Assembly: GCA_965261345.1 (NCBI GenBank)
Contig: OZ253449.1
Location: 2,304,001 to 2,368,000 of the forward strand
From: Chloroflexota bacterium
Lineage (GTDB): Bacteria; Chloroflexota; UBA11872; VXNJ01
Direction of reading: 5' to 3'
Length of the DNA stretch: 64,000 nt
A program made the translations under genes and the position numbers. Shown piece by piece: positions 46,301 through 57,724 of the stretch (position 1 is its first letter; the number at the start of each line of letters is the position of its first letter). The notes below the pieces were generated by a model, which worked only from the letters and a program-made list of their open reading frames with translations, had not been told where the DNA came from and did no database searches.

Positions 46301-46318
46301 CGCCCCGGTTGGATTCAT
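43307..46318 (-). CDS. M16B/PqqL-like zinc protease (insulinase family), lipoprotein
   Basis: Lipobox LVAC, Pro/Thr linker, HFVEHMAFNG inverted zinc motif and two LSNG-starting halves. Confidence 0.95.
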   Translation of the reverse strand: MNPTGANLKSALAAILSVLVLIALVACDPEPDSTPSPTPTASPAPTATAAPATPAPTASPTPAPVQPEPAPSPTPASVIVPELEVGPPLPFDPTVVRGTLSNGVSYYIKKNVEPRERAEFLLVVKGGSVHEDEDQRGLAHFVEHMAFNGTERFAKQEIVEYLESVGGTFGPDINARTGFDDTLFWIEIPTYDPEITETAFQILSDWAFAIAFEPEEVELERGVVLEEWRLSQGFSSRIQDNFLMLLFGSSRYAQRAPIGLTSVIETAPVQRLRDYYERWYRPDQMALIAVGDFDPAVIKSKIEQHFAPPPEGQASQDRAAVGGPTDRPRIDVPSHDIPQIEVFTDPESPGTQFILIRKLRPDSGQGLVSFKRYVVEQLAFMMLNARLFERAQVVDPPYLQAGAGRLPFVESLDILTFSGWVEQDGVERGLEAVLEEMHRVRLHGFTDTELAREKITLLRAVESAYKQRDQIPSASLADEYTVHFLSGIPAPGIAAEWELYQELLPQIDLADFDALKESWTQLEDTALLVVRPVTEGSITDGELATTLLTQIQAGSTLDLDPFEDSLDDIPLLANPPVPGSITKEEQLESIDAVRWTLSNGITVIAKQTDFRNDEVAFSSYSPGGHSLVDDDDHVSAQYADAIVSGSGVGLHDSVALDKLLAGKRVSVSPYIGELFEGFSGGASPQDLETLFQLITLYATQPRLDPAYFSRYEASLQSVAEARAADPDSVLFDRVGTVLSQSHFRERPLTVETLAELDAGRVESVYSDRFQNLGDSTFVFVGAFDWDNLRSLTETYLASLPSIGDVEQWRDVGIDPPTGLEDHVVRSGIEPRAATVLVFAGKAEFSRQEALALSVAGEMLGIRLRERVREDLGGTYSVQVNASRSRLPDPEYQVSIVFGSDPTRTDELLAVVLEEIAWLRAGGEMEYLDTVKEQFLSSREEQLRENGYWLRQILNASQREEPVSQFGEFEERLEAVTISEIEAVALRVLPVDIYVRVVLLPVEE

Positions 46319-46749
46319 GCCTTGTCCTTATTGCCGCAATTCCGGGACGAGGTTAATTCATTTCCAATTCGAAACGGCAGCGGATCGAGGGCGAACACGC
46401 CAACAGTCCATTGCAGACCCGCCGCGATCCGTGGCGTCAATTAGGAAACAATTCCCGATTGGCAAAATGCCCAGTCGGCGGGCAACAGCGAACGCGGCCT
46501 TCCGAACAATTCCACTTCGAGATCGATGATACGCCGGGCATTGGACCCGTTCATGGGGTAACTCAGGCATCGGCACGCACCTTCGCGCCCGCGCCGGTTG
46601 GATCGCACTAGTGTTCAGCGATGAACTGCGCCGTCCGCTGGGTCAGATTCGGCCCGGTTTCGGCCCGTTCCAACCGCCAATCGGTCAAGGCCAATCCTGC
46701 GTCTGCTGCCCATGCCGTGCCGGATCCAGATTTGCTGGCCCGCAATCTG

Positions 46750-47089
46750 AAGAGCCCGGATTTTTCGGTCAACAGCACTCACCAGGCGAGGCCGTATCCC
46801 TCTTCGGTCCAGCGGGCATGGATCGCATTCCTTTCCAGGCCAGGACCCATGTCACCAATACCAGGACGCCCAAGGCTGACATTGAAAATCGTTAGCTGAA
46901 TTCAAGTCAGATATTCAGATCAAGTGGAGGAATGGTTTGGGCATGGCAACGAGGCCATTCAGGGCATGCATCGCCCGACCCTGTCACCCAGACAACGCCA
47001 CCGAAAGCTACATGCGTAATCGCCACGGCAAGTCCCAACAGCGAGACGGTGTGGTGCCAGGACAGTTTGGCAGTCAATGACCCAGCCAT
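46750..47089 (-). pseudogene. ctaA: N-terminal fragment of heme A synthase (COX15/CtaA)
   Basis: FGGVVWVTGSGDACPEWPRC followed by a premature stop. Confidence 0.7.
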
Positions 47090-47508
47090 TCTGCTTTGGG
47101 TTGGCCCTATCGGAACGCCGAGTTGCTACCGAGACAGACGAATCCAGGGATCGGTGATCGCGGTGGCGGTGATGATTCGCCGGCCCCGAGCCGCATCAGC
47201 GTAGCCTGCGGGCCCGATTCGCCCGCGACCAGCCGGGGGCGAAAGCTGCTTCGAATCGCCGGATTCGTAGGCCCCGGCAGATGCAGCGGCCCCTTTTCTT
47301 ACGCGGTGCCAGCGGCAGGGTGTCTCTTTCCGAGCGCCCCGTGGCATATTCATCAATCAAGAAAATTAACTGCAAGCGGGAATTGACGATTGCGCCGGTT
47401 GTAGCAAACTCCGGTTTGTAGCGTACTGGCAACGGCCGCCTTCACACCGGCGCCGTCACGTGATCGATCTCTGCCTTCAAATAACCAGGCAGGTAAGGAG
47501 GCCTCCCA

Positions 47509-48435
47509 ATGCCTGAGCGCAAGGTGCTGCTGACCGGCGCAACCGGATACGTTGCATCCCAACTTCTTCCCGCGTTTCGTGAGAAGTACGACTTGTCATT
47601 GGTTGACGTTCGCGGGACCGATCGAGAGGGCCGGGAAGTAGCGGACGTCGCCATCTCCGATCTCAGCGCCCCAGACCTGGGGACGTACGCCCATCTATTC
47701 AAGGGCCAGGACTCGGTGGTTCACTTCGCACACATGCGCCGACGGGGAATTCCACTGGACGACTTCTATGATGAGCAATTCAACGTGGCGATGGCTTACA
47801 ACGTATTTAGATCGGCTTACGACGCAGGGGTGCGTCGGGTGGTGATGGCCAGTTCCAACCACGCCGCCGATTGGTACGAGCACGCGCTGATTCACGATCG
47901 CAAATTGGAGAATCTGGACCCGTACGACTTGCCTCTTTCCGACAACTTCTACGGATGGGCCAAGGCGACGTACGAGCACATCGGATTTTTATTTGCTTCC
48001 GGAGTTTTCGGGAGAAAATTGGAAGTGGTGATGGTTCGAATAGGCGCACCGCGGGAGATTCGCCTACAGAATTTCCCTGGCAACCCGAAGGCTTATAGGC
48101 GCGATTTGGGCGCTTACCTTAGTCGCAGGGACTTGTCGCAGCTGTTCACCAAAGCCGTGGAGACGCCGTCAATCGAAAACGAGCACGGCGTACCCTGGTT
48201 GGTGGTCTACGGGATAAGCAATAACACCCGCGCTTTCTGGTCCCTAACGAGCGCGCGAAAGTTTCTCGGGTATTCCCCCGAGGACGATTCCGAAGTCAAA
48301 TACGCTGACGACATTCGTAGTTTTCTAACCGGGCCCGACGGGAATCGAGAGCCGGGAAGAGTTGGCGGACGGATAGGGTCCGTCGATTTCCCTGATGCCA
48401 ATTTCATTCCACGCAGGCCACCAGCGGACGGCTGA
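47509..48435 (+). CDS. NAD-dependent epimerase/dehydrogenase (uronate dehydrogenase-like)
   Basis: TGATGYVA, MASSNHA, YGWAK and YGISNN. Confidence 0.88.
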   Translation: MPERKVLLTGATGYVASQLLPAFREKYDLSLVDVRGTDREGREVADVAISDLSAPDLGTYAHLFKGQDSVVHFAHMRRRGIPLDDFYDEQFNVAMAYNVFRSAYDAGVRRVVMASSNHAADWYEHALIHDRKLENLDPYDLPLSDNFYGWAKATYEHIGFLFASGVFGRKLEVVMVRIGAPREIRLQNFPGNPKAYRRDLGAYLSRRDLSQLFTKAVETPSIENEHGVPWLVVYGISNNTRAFWSLTSARKFLGYSPEDDSEVKYADDIRSFLTGPDGNREPGRVGGRIGSVDFPDANFIPRRPPADG

Positions 48436-48739
48436 CGATTCGCCCCGCCTTCAGCGCCATCCAGTGGCTCAAAGGGAGCACTCGTCCGAAATTAGCGCCG
48501 AGCGCCGGATCGCCCAGCTTTCAAAGAAGCCAACCGGAGTCCTCTGCTGAAACCGAGTTGAGCGTCATCCCATCGTGAAACCCTTCGCGCCACAGGGCGG
48601 TCGCCCCTCCCTCGGCCGTTAAACCGATAGAAAAGCGATGGTTGGGAGAGCACCTGGCCCGGGCGGCTAAATTCGCGGATTCCTGGCCGGACCCCAATCG
48701 CGGAGGTTTGTTGTTGGGCAGCTCAGGGTTTTCGGCGCC

Positions 48740-49585
48740 TTACCCAGGCACGCTAGTGGTGGGCGGTCTGAAATGATGGTCCTTGCGGGCGGGGTATTGA
48801 CGGGCGTGGAACTCGTCACTCCACTCGGTCAGCCTGGTCACTGCTTCTTCGAAAAGTAGCTTCCCTTTCTTTACGGAGGCCAGCTCGGGGGACCCGCACA
48901 CGCCTGTTTCCGTGTAAGTGCTCGTCCAGCTTGTTACGGCGACAGGCCCGAAACCGAACAAATCCACCGACTCGAATTTGGATCCCTGGGCGTTGGTCCA
49001 CGTCTGATGGTTTTTGGCCAGGTCCATTCGCACCATCGATTCGTCAATACCCAGTGCGAGTGAAGTTTCCAACTCGCAGGCGTGAGCGCAGCCACCGGGA
49101 AAATGCGACTCCCTCCACGTGGCAGCAAAATCTGGATCCACCGTGACAAGCGACCACCAACTCGTTAACGACACGACGGCGTCGGTTTCGATCATTACCC
49201 GCCGAGCGGCAAGATCCAATGGCGGCACGTTGGAGCCGTGACCATTGACCACTATCACCTTCTTGAACCCATGATGGACGACGCTCTTGATAACGTCTAC
49301 GACATAACGGATGAACGTTTCGTGGTGGACCGTGATGCTGCCCGGGAAGTCCATCACGTGAGTTGTGTACCCATAGGGGATTGCCGGCATCGCCAGCAGC
49401 CTGTCTGGCCTCCGTCGTGCGGCCTCGTCGGCCACTGAGTCGGCCGACCAGAGGTCCATCTTTATCGGCAGGTGCGGACCGTGTTGTTCGACCGTTCCCA
49501 CCGGCAGTATCGGTATCAAACCTTTCTCGACCGCCTCGTTTACCTCCGGCCAGGTCAAGTTTTCGAATCTGTGCCAATTGCTCAC
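48740..49585 (-). CDS. Creatininase family amidohydrolase
   Basis: EQHGPHLP, NGHGSN and HACELETS; start uncertain. Confidence 0.92.
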   Translation of the reverse strand: MSNWHRFENLTWPEVNEAVEKGLIPILPVGTVEQHGPHLPIKMDLWSADSVADEAARRRPDRLLAMPAIPYGYTTHVMDFPGSITVHHETFIRYVVDVIKSVVHHGFKKVIVVNGHGSNVPPLDLAARRVMIETDAVVSLTSWWSLVTVDPDFAATWRESHFPGGCAHACELETSLALGIDESMVRMDLAKNHQTWTNAQGSKFESVDLFGFGPVAVTSWTSTYTETGVCGSPELASVKKGKLLFEEAVTRLTEWSDEFHARQYPARKDHHFRPPTTSVPG

Positions 49586-49762
49586 GACTTTTCGCTCCGA
49601 GGCTATGGGGTTGTCAGTCGAGCGCACGCCGGCTCGATGCTGCCACCCTCGGAGCGTACTACGCCGCTTATGCGTGGCAACGCCGGATGAAGCGGGCGGC
49701 CTTCTTACGCGCTAGGCCACGCGGCTCGGCGACTCTGCACCAAAGACAATGCGAAGGTTTTT

Positions 49763-49996
49763 ATGGTTGTTTCCGCGTTGGACTGGGTGAGCGGCGTCGC
49801 GGAGGACGGCGAATCGATCGTAGTATTCGCTCGCGGCGAATGGTCGTGGGAGCTCAGATTTACCTTGGGTGGGTCCGACGTTTACATTTCGAAAATGGTG
49901 GCAGAGGCAACATCGCTGGAACAGTACTTCCTAGACGTTTCGGGTGATGATCCCGGTCCGTCAATGCCGTCTACGGCGTGTGCCTATTTTGTCTAG
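49763..49996 (+). pseudogene. Possible C-terminal fragment of an ABC transporter ATP-binding protein
   Basis: Ends with TSLEQYFLDV, typical of ABC-2 ATPase tails; no Walker motifs. Confidence 0.4.
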
Positions 49997-50004
49997 CGAA
50001 TGCC

Positions 50005-50032
50005 ACTCGACATAATTACCAATTGTTTCGAT
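50005..50032. other. dif-like site (one arm degenerate)
   Basis: ACTCGACATAA-TTACCA-ATTGTTTCGAT; the left arm is identical to the 36330 site and the spacer is identical to the 51775 site. Confidence 0.55.
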
Positions 50033-50284
50033 GTTGACTCGCCCGCAAATGCCAGGTTCGTCGATCCCGCGGGAGATTTCCACACTACGCTCTCCCGTAT
50101 TTGCCTAGTCCGCATCGATCGCTGGTATTGCCCCAGAACTGTCCATGTCATCAGTAAATCCGACGCGCATTTATGCCTGAGAGGAGGCCGGATTTGACGC
50201 GCACTCGTGGTTGGTTAGCAGGCGAGTTGGCTGCCTTGGTTCCCTCGAGTTCAGTGCTGTGGACTGGTCTCCTTCCAATCGCGA

Positions 50285-51379
50285 TCAGTGATCCCGAGTG
50301 GGCCGAGACAGAAGCTCTTTAATGTAGACATCTTGCTTCGAATAAGGAATCTCGATCTGTTCGCTTGCGAAGCGACGGTAGACCTCCGTGTTAAGGGAAT
50401 CAGTAACTCGGCCTCGCAGAACTGGTTCTTCGACCCAGGCCAATAGCTCTAGCTCCAGGCCCGAAGGCCCAAAAGAGCGAAATCGCACGCGCGCCTCGGG
50501 ATCGTCACACACTTCTTGTTGGCTATTGGCGGCATCGAGGAGTACCTGCTTGACATGATCGATATCGCTACCGTAGGCGGTCGCAACGCGAATCCGAATC
50601 CGTGCTTTTTTGTGGGGCCCGCCGGTCTCGTTGGTCACCTTGATGTTCCCCATGACGCCGTTGGGAATCGTGACTTCAACGTCATCGCGAGTAAGAACGC
50701 GTGTGCTCCGCAATCCGATATGAGTTACCTGTCCCCGTTCTCCCGAATCCAGGACGATGTAGTCGCCAAGGCGGTACGGAGCATCAATCAAGATGAGGAC
50801 TCCGGCGAAAAAATTCGCAACTGTGTCTCTTGCGCCGAAACCGACCGCAATGCCTATGATTCCCGCCGAGGCCAGCCACGCTGTGATGTCGAGATTCCAC
50901 AGGAGGAAGAGGATGTAGGCTGCAAATACCACAAGCAGCACATTGTTCACATTGCGGAATAGAGGGACAGTGCGCTCGTCGAGGTACCGAAACCGACCCT
51001 TTTCGTGACTCAGAACTTCCAGGATCAAATGATTTAGACGAATTGCGAGCCCTAGACCCACCACCACCGCAATCGTTCCAAAAACTCCGTAGGTAATAGT
51101 TCGGAGTAAACCCTCCAAACGCAAGAGGCTTGACGCAACGACAAAACCACCCACCAGTACAAAGAGGAAAAGCGGGCGATGCAGAATGCCCACTAGGCGA
51201 TCGTCGAAATCGCTTTCAGTCTGACGCGCCCAACGTAACAGCAGCCTGGTAACGACCCAATCAGTGATCCAAGCAATAAATACGCTCAGGATTACAACTG
51301 CGGCCGCCTGGATACGAGGATCAACCGCCACCGTTCCGAGTCCCGCAAACTTGTCGAACATAGCCTCTAAACCCTGCAT
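50285..51379 (-). CDS. MscS-family mechanosensitive channel
   Basis: GIIGIAVGFGARDTVANFFAG, IGLRST and EIPY. Confidence 0.93.
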   Translation of the reverse strand: MQGLEAMFDKFAGLGTVAVDPRIQAAAVVILSVFIAWITDWVVTRLLLRWARQTESDFDDRLVGILHRPLFLFVLVGGFVVASSLLRLEGLLRTITYGVFGTIAVVVGLGLAIRLNHLILEVLSHEKGRFRYLDERTVPLFRNVNNVLLVVFAAYILFLLWNLDITAWLASAGIIGIAVGFGARDTVANFFAGVLILIDAPYRLGDYIVLDSGERGQVTHIGLRSTRVLTRDDVEVTIPNGVMGNIKVTNETGGPHKKARIRIRVATAYGSDIDHVKQVLLDAANSQQEVCDDPEARVRFRSFGPSGLELELLAWVEEPVLRGRVTDSLNTEVYRRFASEQIEIPYSKQDVYIKELLSRPTRDH

Positions 51380-51774
51380 TCACCGCCTCCCGAATTTTGC
51401 GGCAGGCACGAGTAGCACGGACCCGCATCGGGCAAATGCCGCGATGTAGCCAAGCGCCAAAAGGCTCGATCAGACCGCCTGCTTCTGGACCGATGCGGAA
51501 ACGACGGATGCTGCTGCCTATCACATCGCCCATCGCGCCGTTGCAATTGAATTTTGCACGCCAAGTTGCCGCACCGGCACCGTGAAGATCAAAAGTGGTT
51601 AGGCTGAAACTGATCTAATCATTTGGCGCACGCATGGCCAGCGTGACCCGCGCTTTTCGGTCTAATAGTCAAATGGCCGGTTTGGTACGATTCCGCAATT
51701 TAATAACGATGGCACACCGCTCTAGGCGCTTCGCCGTTCGGGAGTTTTGCCGCTCAATGAACGATCAGAATCGG

Positions 51775-51802
51775 TGTTTACATAATTACCATTATGTCTA
51801 AC
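51775..51802. other. dif-like XerC/D recombination site at the island boundary
   Basis: TGTTTACATAA-TTACCA-TTATGTCTAAC; compare E. coli dif GGTGCGCATAA-TGTATA-TTATGTTAAAT. Confidence 0.7.
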
Positions 51803-51949
51803 CCTCGTTACCAAAGTCCACTTGACCTCCGCCTTTTTAAATTCCCGTGCTCCTGGACAACGACCCTCGGCGCACGTTAACTCGGTTAACCAAGGGCGCT
51901 CGAAATCAATTCTCAAATTAGAGTATTAGATCGTGACCACTTTGAATTC

Positions 51950-52588
51950 GTGCCCGCAATGCGATCTCTAAGCGAAAGTGATCACCTCACCTCGAGTTTG
52001 GAGGCCGCGACCCAGGGGACCTACGGAACGATCCTGGCCGATCCCCCGTGGAGGTTCAATAACCGCACAGGGAAAGTCGCTCCTGAATACAAGAGGCTGA
52101 ATCGCTATTCGTCATTGGCGATTGAGGAAATAAGCGCATTGCCTATACAGGATTTCGCGGCCGACGATTCCCATCTGTATTTGTGGGTTCCCAACGCACT
52201 GCTTGACGCGGGTCTGGCAGTAATGAGCAAATGGGGCTTCAAATACAAAACGAACATCGTCTGGCAAAAGGTCGGGAGTGACGGCGAACCGGATCGGCGT
52301 GGTGTCGGTTTTTATTTTCGAAACGTTACGGAATTGGTGCTCTTTGGGGTTCGCGGTTCGAAACGCACTCTGCCTCCGGCAAGGCGCCAAATCAACTTAG
52401 TAAAAAGCCGTCGACGAGAACACTCCAGAAAACCCGATGAGCTTTATGAAATCGCCGAGCAGTGTAGTCCGGGCCCGTATTTGGAATTGTTTGCGCGTCA
52501 TTGCCGGGAGGGATGGTCGCAATGGGGTGATCAACTCAAAGCTACATCTGAGTTTTCCGATTCGGCGAGTCGGGTCACGCCGCTGTGA
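51950..52588 (+). CDS. MT-A70 family N6-adenine methyltransferase
   Basis: ILADPPW, HLYLWVPN, FRNVTELVLFG, REHSRKP and LELFAR. Confidence 0.93.
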   Translation: MPAMRSLSESDHLTSSLEAATQGTYGTILADPPWRFNNRTGKVAPEYKRLNRYSSLAIEEISALPIQDFAADDSHLYLWVPNALLDAGLAVMSKWGFKYKTNIVWQKVGSDGEPDRRGVGFYFRNVTELVLFGVRGSKRTLPPARRQINLVKSRRREHSRKPDELYEIAEQCSPGPYLELFARHCREGWSQWGDQLKATSEFSDSASRVTPL

Positions 52589-52656
52589 CTGTCGGCACTT
52601 GGTGAAAGTCGGGTTCGAGGGAAAAGAAAATGCGACCGTGAAGACTCGAGTGCCGT

Positions 52657-54963
52657 GTGGAAATTGATTCTGCTGCCGACGGCAACAACGGACTCGTTTC
52701 GGGAGAAGCCATCGCGGGCGCAATGCGAGGGCGAAAACTCCCATATGTAGAAAAAACGGTTCCATTCTCTGATCAAGACAGGCACTTATCGGTTGGATGG
52801 GTTGTTGTAAGGACCAACAAATCTTCAGTCAGGATACGGAAAGACAAAAAGCACGACGAACGACTCGAAGATGACGTTTGGGTAACACTAGCGTCGGCAG
52901 GATTTGACGAGTTAAATGCGGACCGCCGTTTCTTTATTCCGATTGGTGACCCCGGAAGTCGTGTTCCGCCAAAGCAGATAGATGTGATTGCAATAGACAG
53001 CGATTCAGTATTGGTTGTCGAGTGCAAATCGTCGGAAAAACCGAAATATCGAAGCCTGCAAAAGGATTTGAATGAAACACGAGCTTTGCAGCAGAGTATT
53101 CGTGATTGGGTCAATGCCCGGTACGAAGACCGCCGAAGGGTCTGCTTCCTTTACGTCACGCGAAACATCAGATGGAGCGCTGGAGACCGTGCAAGAGCGG
53201 AATCTAACCAAATAGAAATATTGCGCGACTGGCAAATACCCTACTACAAGCTGCTGGCGGACATTGTTGGTCCCGCCGCCCGTCATCAATTGCAAGCTGA
53301 TTTGTTTGCTGATTCGCCGATTCAAGGGTTGAAAGCATCCGTTCCCGCGTTGATGGGCACGTTTGGGGAGACGCGTTTTTATCAATTCGCAATCGAGCCC
53401 GAAAAGTTGTTGAAGCTGGCCTATGTTTCACACCGAACAAAAATCGATGCGGAGGCAATCGGAACATACCAAAGATTGCTTAAGAAAACACGCCTCAAGC
53501 AGATTGCCGCCCACATTGACGAAGCAAGCACCAACAGCATTTTTCCGACAAATATCGTAGTGAATTTCAGAAAAACTCGCGGACTTCGCTTTGACAGAGC
53601 CGGGCCACGGGGCAATAGCCCAACCGTGTTGGGCACCTTACACCTGCCAAACGTTTATAAGAGTGCCTGGGTCATTGATGGGCAACACCGGTTATTCGGT
53701 TTTGCGCAAAGCCAACGTTCCGACAAAGGAAAAGTACCCGTACTTGCTTTCGAGGGATTGGATCCGGAAAAAGAAGTCAAGATGTTCGTTGAAATCAACA
53801 ACAAGCAAGTAAAGGTCCCTCGGAGCTTATTGATTCAGCTCGAGCCAGAATTGCGTTCAGACGAAGCAGACTTGTCCCAAAAACTGCGAAATCTGCATGT
53901 TGAATTGGCATTGGCTTTAGCGAACGATGACGATTCACCGTTGTTCGGAAGAGTTATCACGTCTGATTGGGACCAAGACGCGACTAGCAAAACCGTTAGT
54001 CTTCCGCAGATGGTCACTGGTTTGCGATCCAGCCAATTGGTCGGATCGGTCCGAAACGATTATGTTGATCCTGGCCCACTTTGGACGGGATTTGAGGCAA
54101 CTAAACGCCGAGCACTCGCGACCATAACCCTTTATCTGAATTTATTTGCGACGGGGGCAGAGGATCACTGGGAACGCGGGCGGAACGAAGGCGGGTTCCT
54201 TTGTACCAATTTGGGGTTTAACGCCCTATTGAGGCTTTTGAAAGGGATATTGGATTTTCAAAATCACGCCAATCAAGGCATCGATTACCAACAATTCACG
54301 CCCGACGAGATCGTCAATTCACTGGCCAAGTACGTGCCACCAATCATCGATTGGTTCAATCTCAGATTCGACTCGGAAAACTCTAGGTTCCGTGGTCGGT
54401 TTGGAAGTGGCGCACCGAAGATTTACGCGTTGGACATGATGGCGTTAATTCACAACAAATACGGCGATTTTGACACTGCGGAGTTGCAAGAACACATTCG
54501 TGCTGGGGGTGCTGAAAGAGTTGCCGATGCAATTCGGCTGGTAGGCGAGATTGAAGATTGCATACGGGCTGTGACGTTGTCAGTGCTGAAAGGTGAATTC
54601 GGCGGCGATGGAGACCGATGGTGGCGCGAAGGAGTGCCTGGGCCAATTCGTGTGTCGGCTGCGAGTAGGGCTGAGGTAAGCGCGGACGGTGGCAAACGGG
54701 AAGTATTTATCTCGCTAATTGAGTACAAAAAAATTGCTGAACAACCGAAATTGTGGCGCAAATTTCAGCCACTATGGACGATGGACGCAGATTTGAGATC
54801 AAAGGCTGAACGATTGCACTGGATGGACACGTTGAATGGCGTGAGGAACAAAGTTGTTCACTCTGGCAGACGACACATCGCCGATGAAGAAATCAGTTTC
54901 CTGTGGGACGTTTGGGAGTTTGTGGATCGAGTTTCAACATCGTTGGAGAATTCGAAATCATGA
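52657..54963 (+). CDS. DGQHR (DndB-like) domain protein with N-terminal PD-(D/E)xK nuclease-like and C-terminal Swt1/HEPN-like domains
   Basis: QIDV...VVECKS; YQR, FPTNIVVN, IDGQHRL and FVEINNKQ; EIEDCIR...WW...RNKVVH (Rx4H). Confidence 0.85.
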   Translation: MEIDSAADGNNGLVSGEAIAGAMRGRKLPYVEKTVPFSDQDRHLSVGWVVVRTNKSSVRIRKDKKHDERLEDDVWVTLASAGFDELNADRRFFIPIGDPGSRVPPKQIDVIAIDSDSVLVVECKSSEKPKYRSLQKDLNETRALQQSIRDWVNARYEDRRRVCFLYVTRNIRWSAGDRARAESNQIEILRDWQIPYYKLLADIVGPAARHQLQADLFADSPIQGLKASVPALMGTFGETRFYQFAIEPEKLLKLAYVSHRTKIDAEAIGTYQRLLKKTRLKQIAAHIDEASTNSIFPTNIVVNFRKTRGLRFDRAGPRGNSPTVLGTLHLPNVYKSAWVIDGQHRLFGFAQSQRSDKGKVPVLAFEGLDPEKEVKMFVEINNKQVKVPRSLLIQLEPELRSDEADLSQKLRNLHVELALALANDDDSPLFGRVITSDWDQDATSKTVSLPQMVTGLRSSQLVGSVRNDYVDPGPLWTGFEATKRRALATITLYLNLFATGAEDHWERGRNEGGFLCTNLGFNALLRLLKGILDFQNHANQGIDYQQFTPDEIVNSLAKYVPPIIDWFNLRFDSENSRFRGRFGSGAPKIYALDMMALIHNKYGDFDTAELQEHIRAGGAERVADAIRLVGEIEDCIRAVTLSVLKGEFGGDGDRWWREGVPGPIRVSAASRAEVSADGGKREVFISLIEYKKIAEQPKLWRKFQPLWTMDADLRSKAERLHWMDTLNGVRNKVVHSGRRHIADEEISFLWDVWEFVDRVSTSLENSKS

Positions 54964-55270
54964 CTATTCGATGTCGAATTGCGCAAGCCGTCGAGACGCC
55001 CACTAGTAATTGAGTCGCCAGAAGTACTGTAGTGCAGGAGGCCTCAAATACGCCAGATTTTGGCAAAAAAATAAGAAATTAAAGCTGCATTTGGTTTCGC
55101 CGTGATACGGTCAGCGATTCCGATTCAGCGCGCCGGTTTGATTGGGGTTGACGCGGAACGGGAGCCCTAGTTGCGGCCCTTCAACTGATGGCAGGGATTG
55201 CCAAGGGGTCCTGAACCGATTCTTTAAATCGCCGGGTCCGAGCCAAATTGAATTTTGGGATGAACTTTGA

Positions 55271-55790
55271 TTGACCGACCGCCTGCCTATTCAATTCGCA
55301 TTCTTTTCCTACATGGTGAATCGAATGGCGTTCGAATCATCGAAAAATCCAACTGGAGAAGGCAAAGAGTAGCATTCCCACGATCACACGTACGGATCGC
55401 GCGCGCGATCCCGATGAGATAGATCGAGCCGGCATTTACGTTCTCTGAAGTGATTCCGAAGGCGAAGAGGGATTGCCGGTGGCATTTATCGTCCAAGGCG
55501 ATGGCAAAAAACAACGCTTAGGCACGCATTCAAGATTCAAGGATTCACGGAATTGCGGGATTGCGTTATCGAGCCGTGACCAACACTTGAACCCGGCTCG
55601 CGTTGGGTACCTTGAATCTTGGCTCCTCGAACTTACACAGGAACTAAACAGAGCGAGTTGGACAATTCCAACTTCCCATCTCTCACGTCAATGGGACAAA
55701 CCGATGCCGCCGAAACGGAGTTGTTTTCGGCAGATGTATTGCTTTGTCTACTCGCATTTGGGGTGAACTGTTTTGTCCGACCTGAAGATC
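55271..55790 (+). pseudogene. GIY-YIG/DUF4357-type protein remnant
   Basis: NGVRIIEKSNW...AFPR, LNPARVGYLESWLL and ELDNSNFP in broken frames. Confidence 0.7.
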
Positions 55791-55858
55791 GGTGTCAATC
55801 TCCACCACCATTAGTCCACATCTGTCGCCGCTCAGCGACTTTGTCAGTCCAACTGTCC

Positions 55859-57724
<1,866 letters not shown>

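Noticed and set aside
54952-54979. Weak dif-like pattern at the DGQHR gene stop (TCGAAATCATG-ACTATT-CGATGTCGAAT)
   Set aside because: The inner ATAA/TTAT core is not conserved; too degenerate to call.
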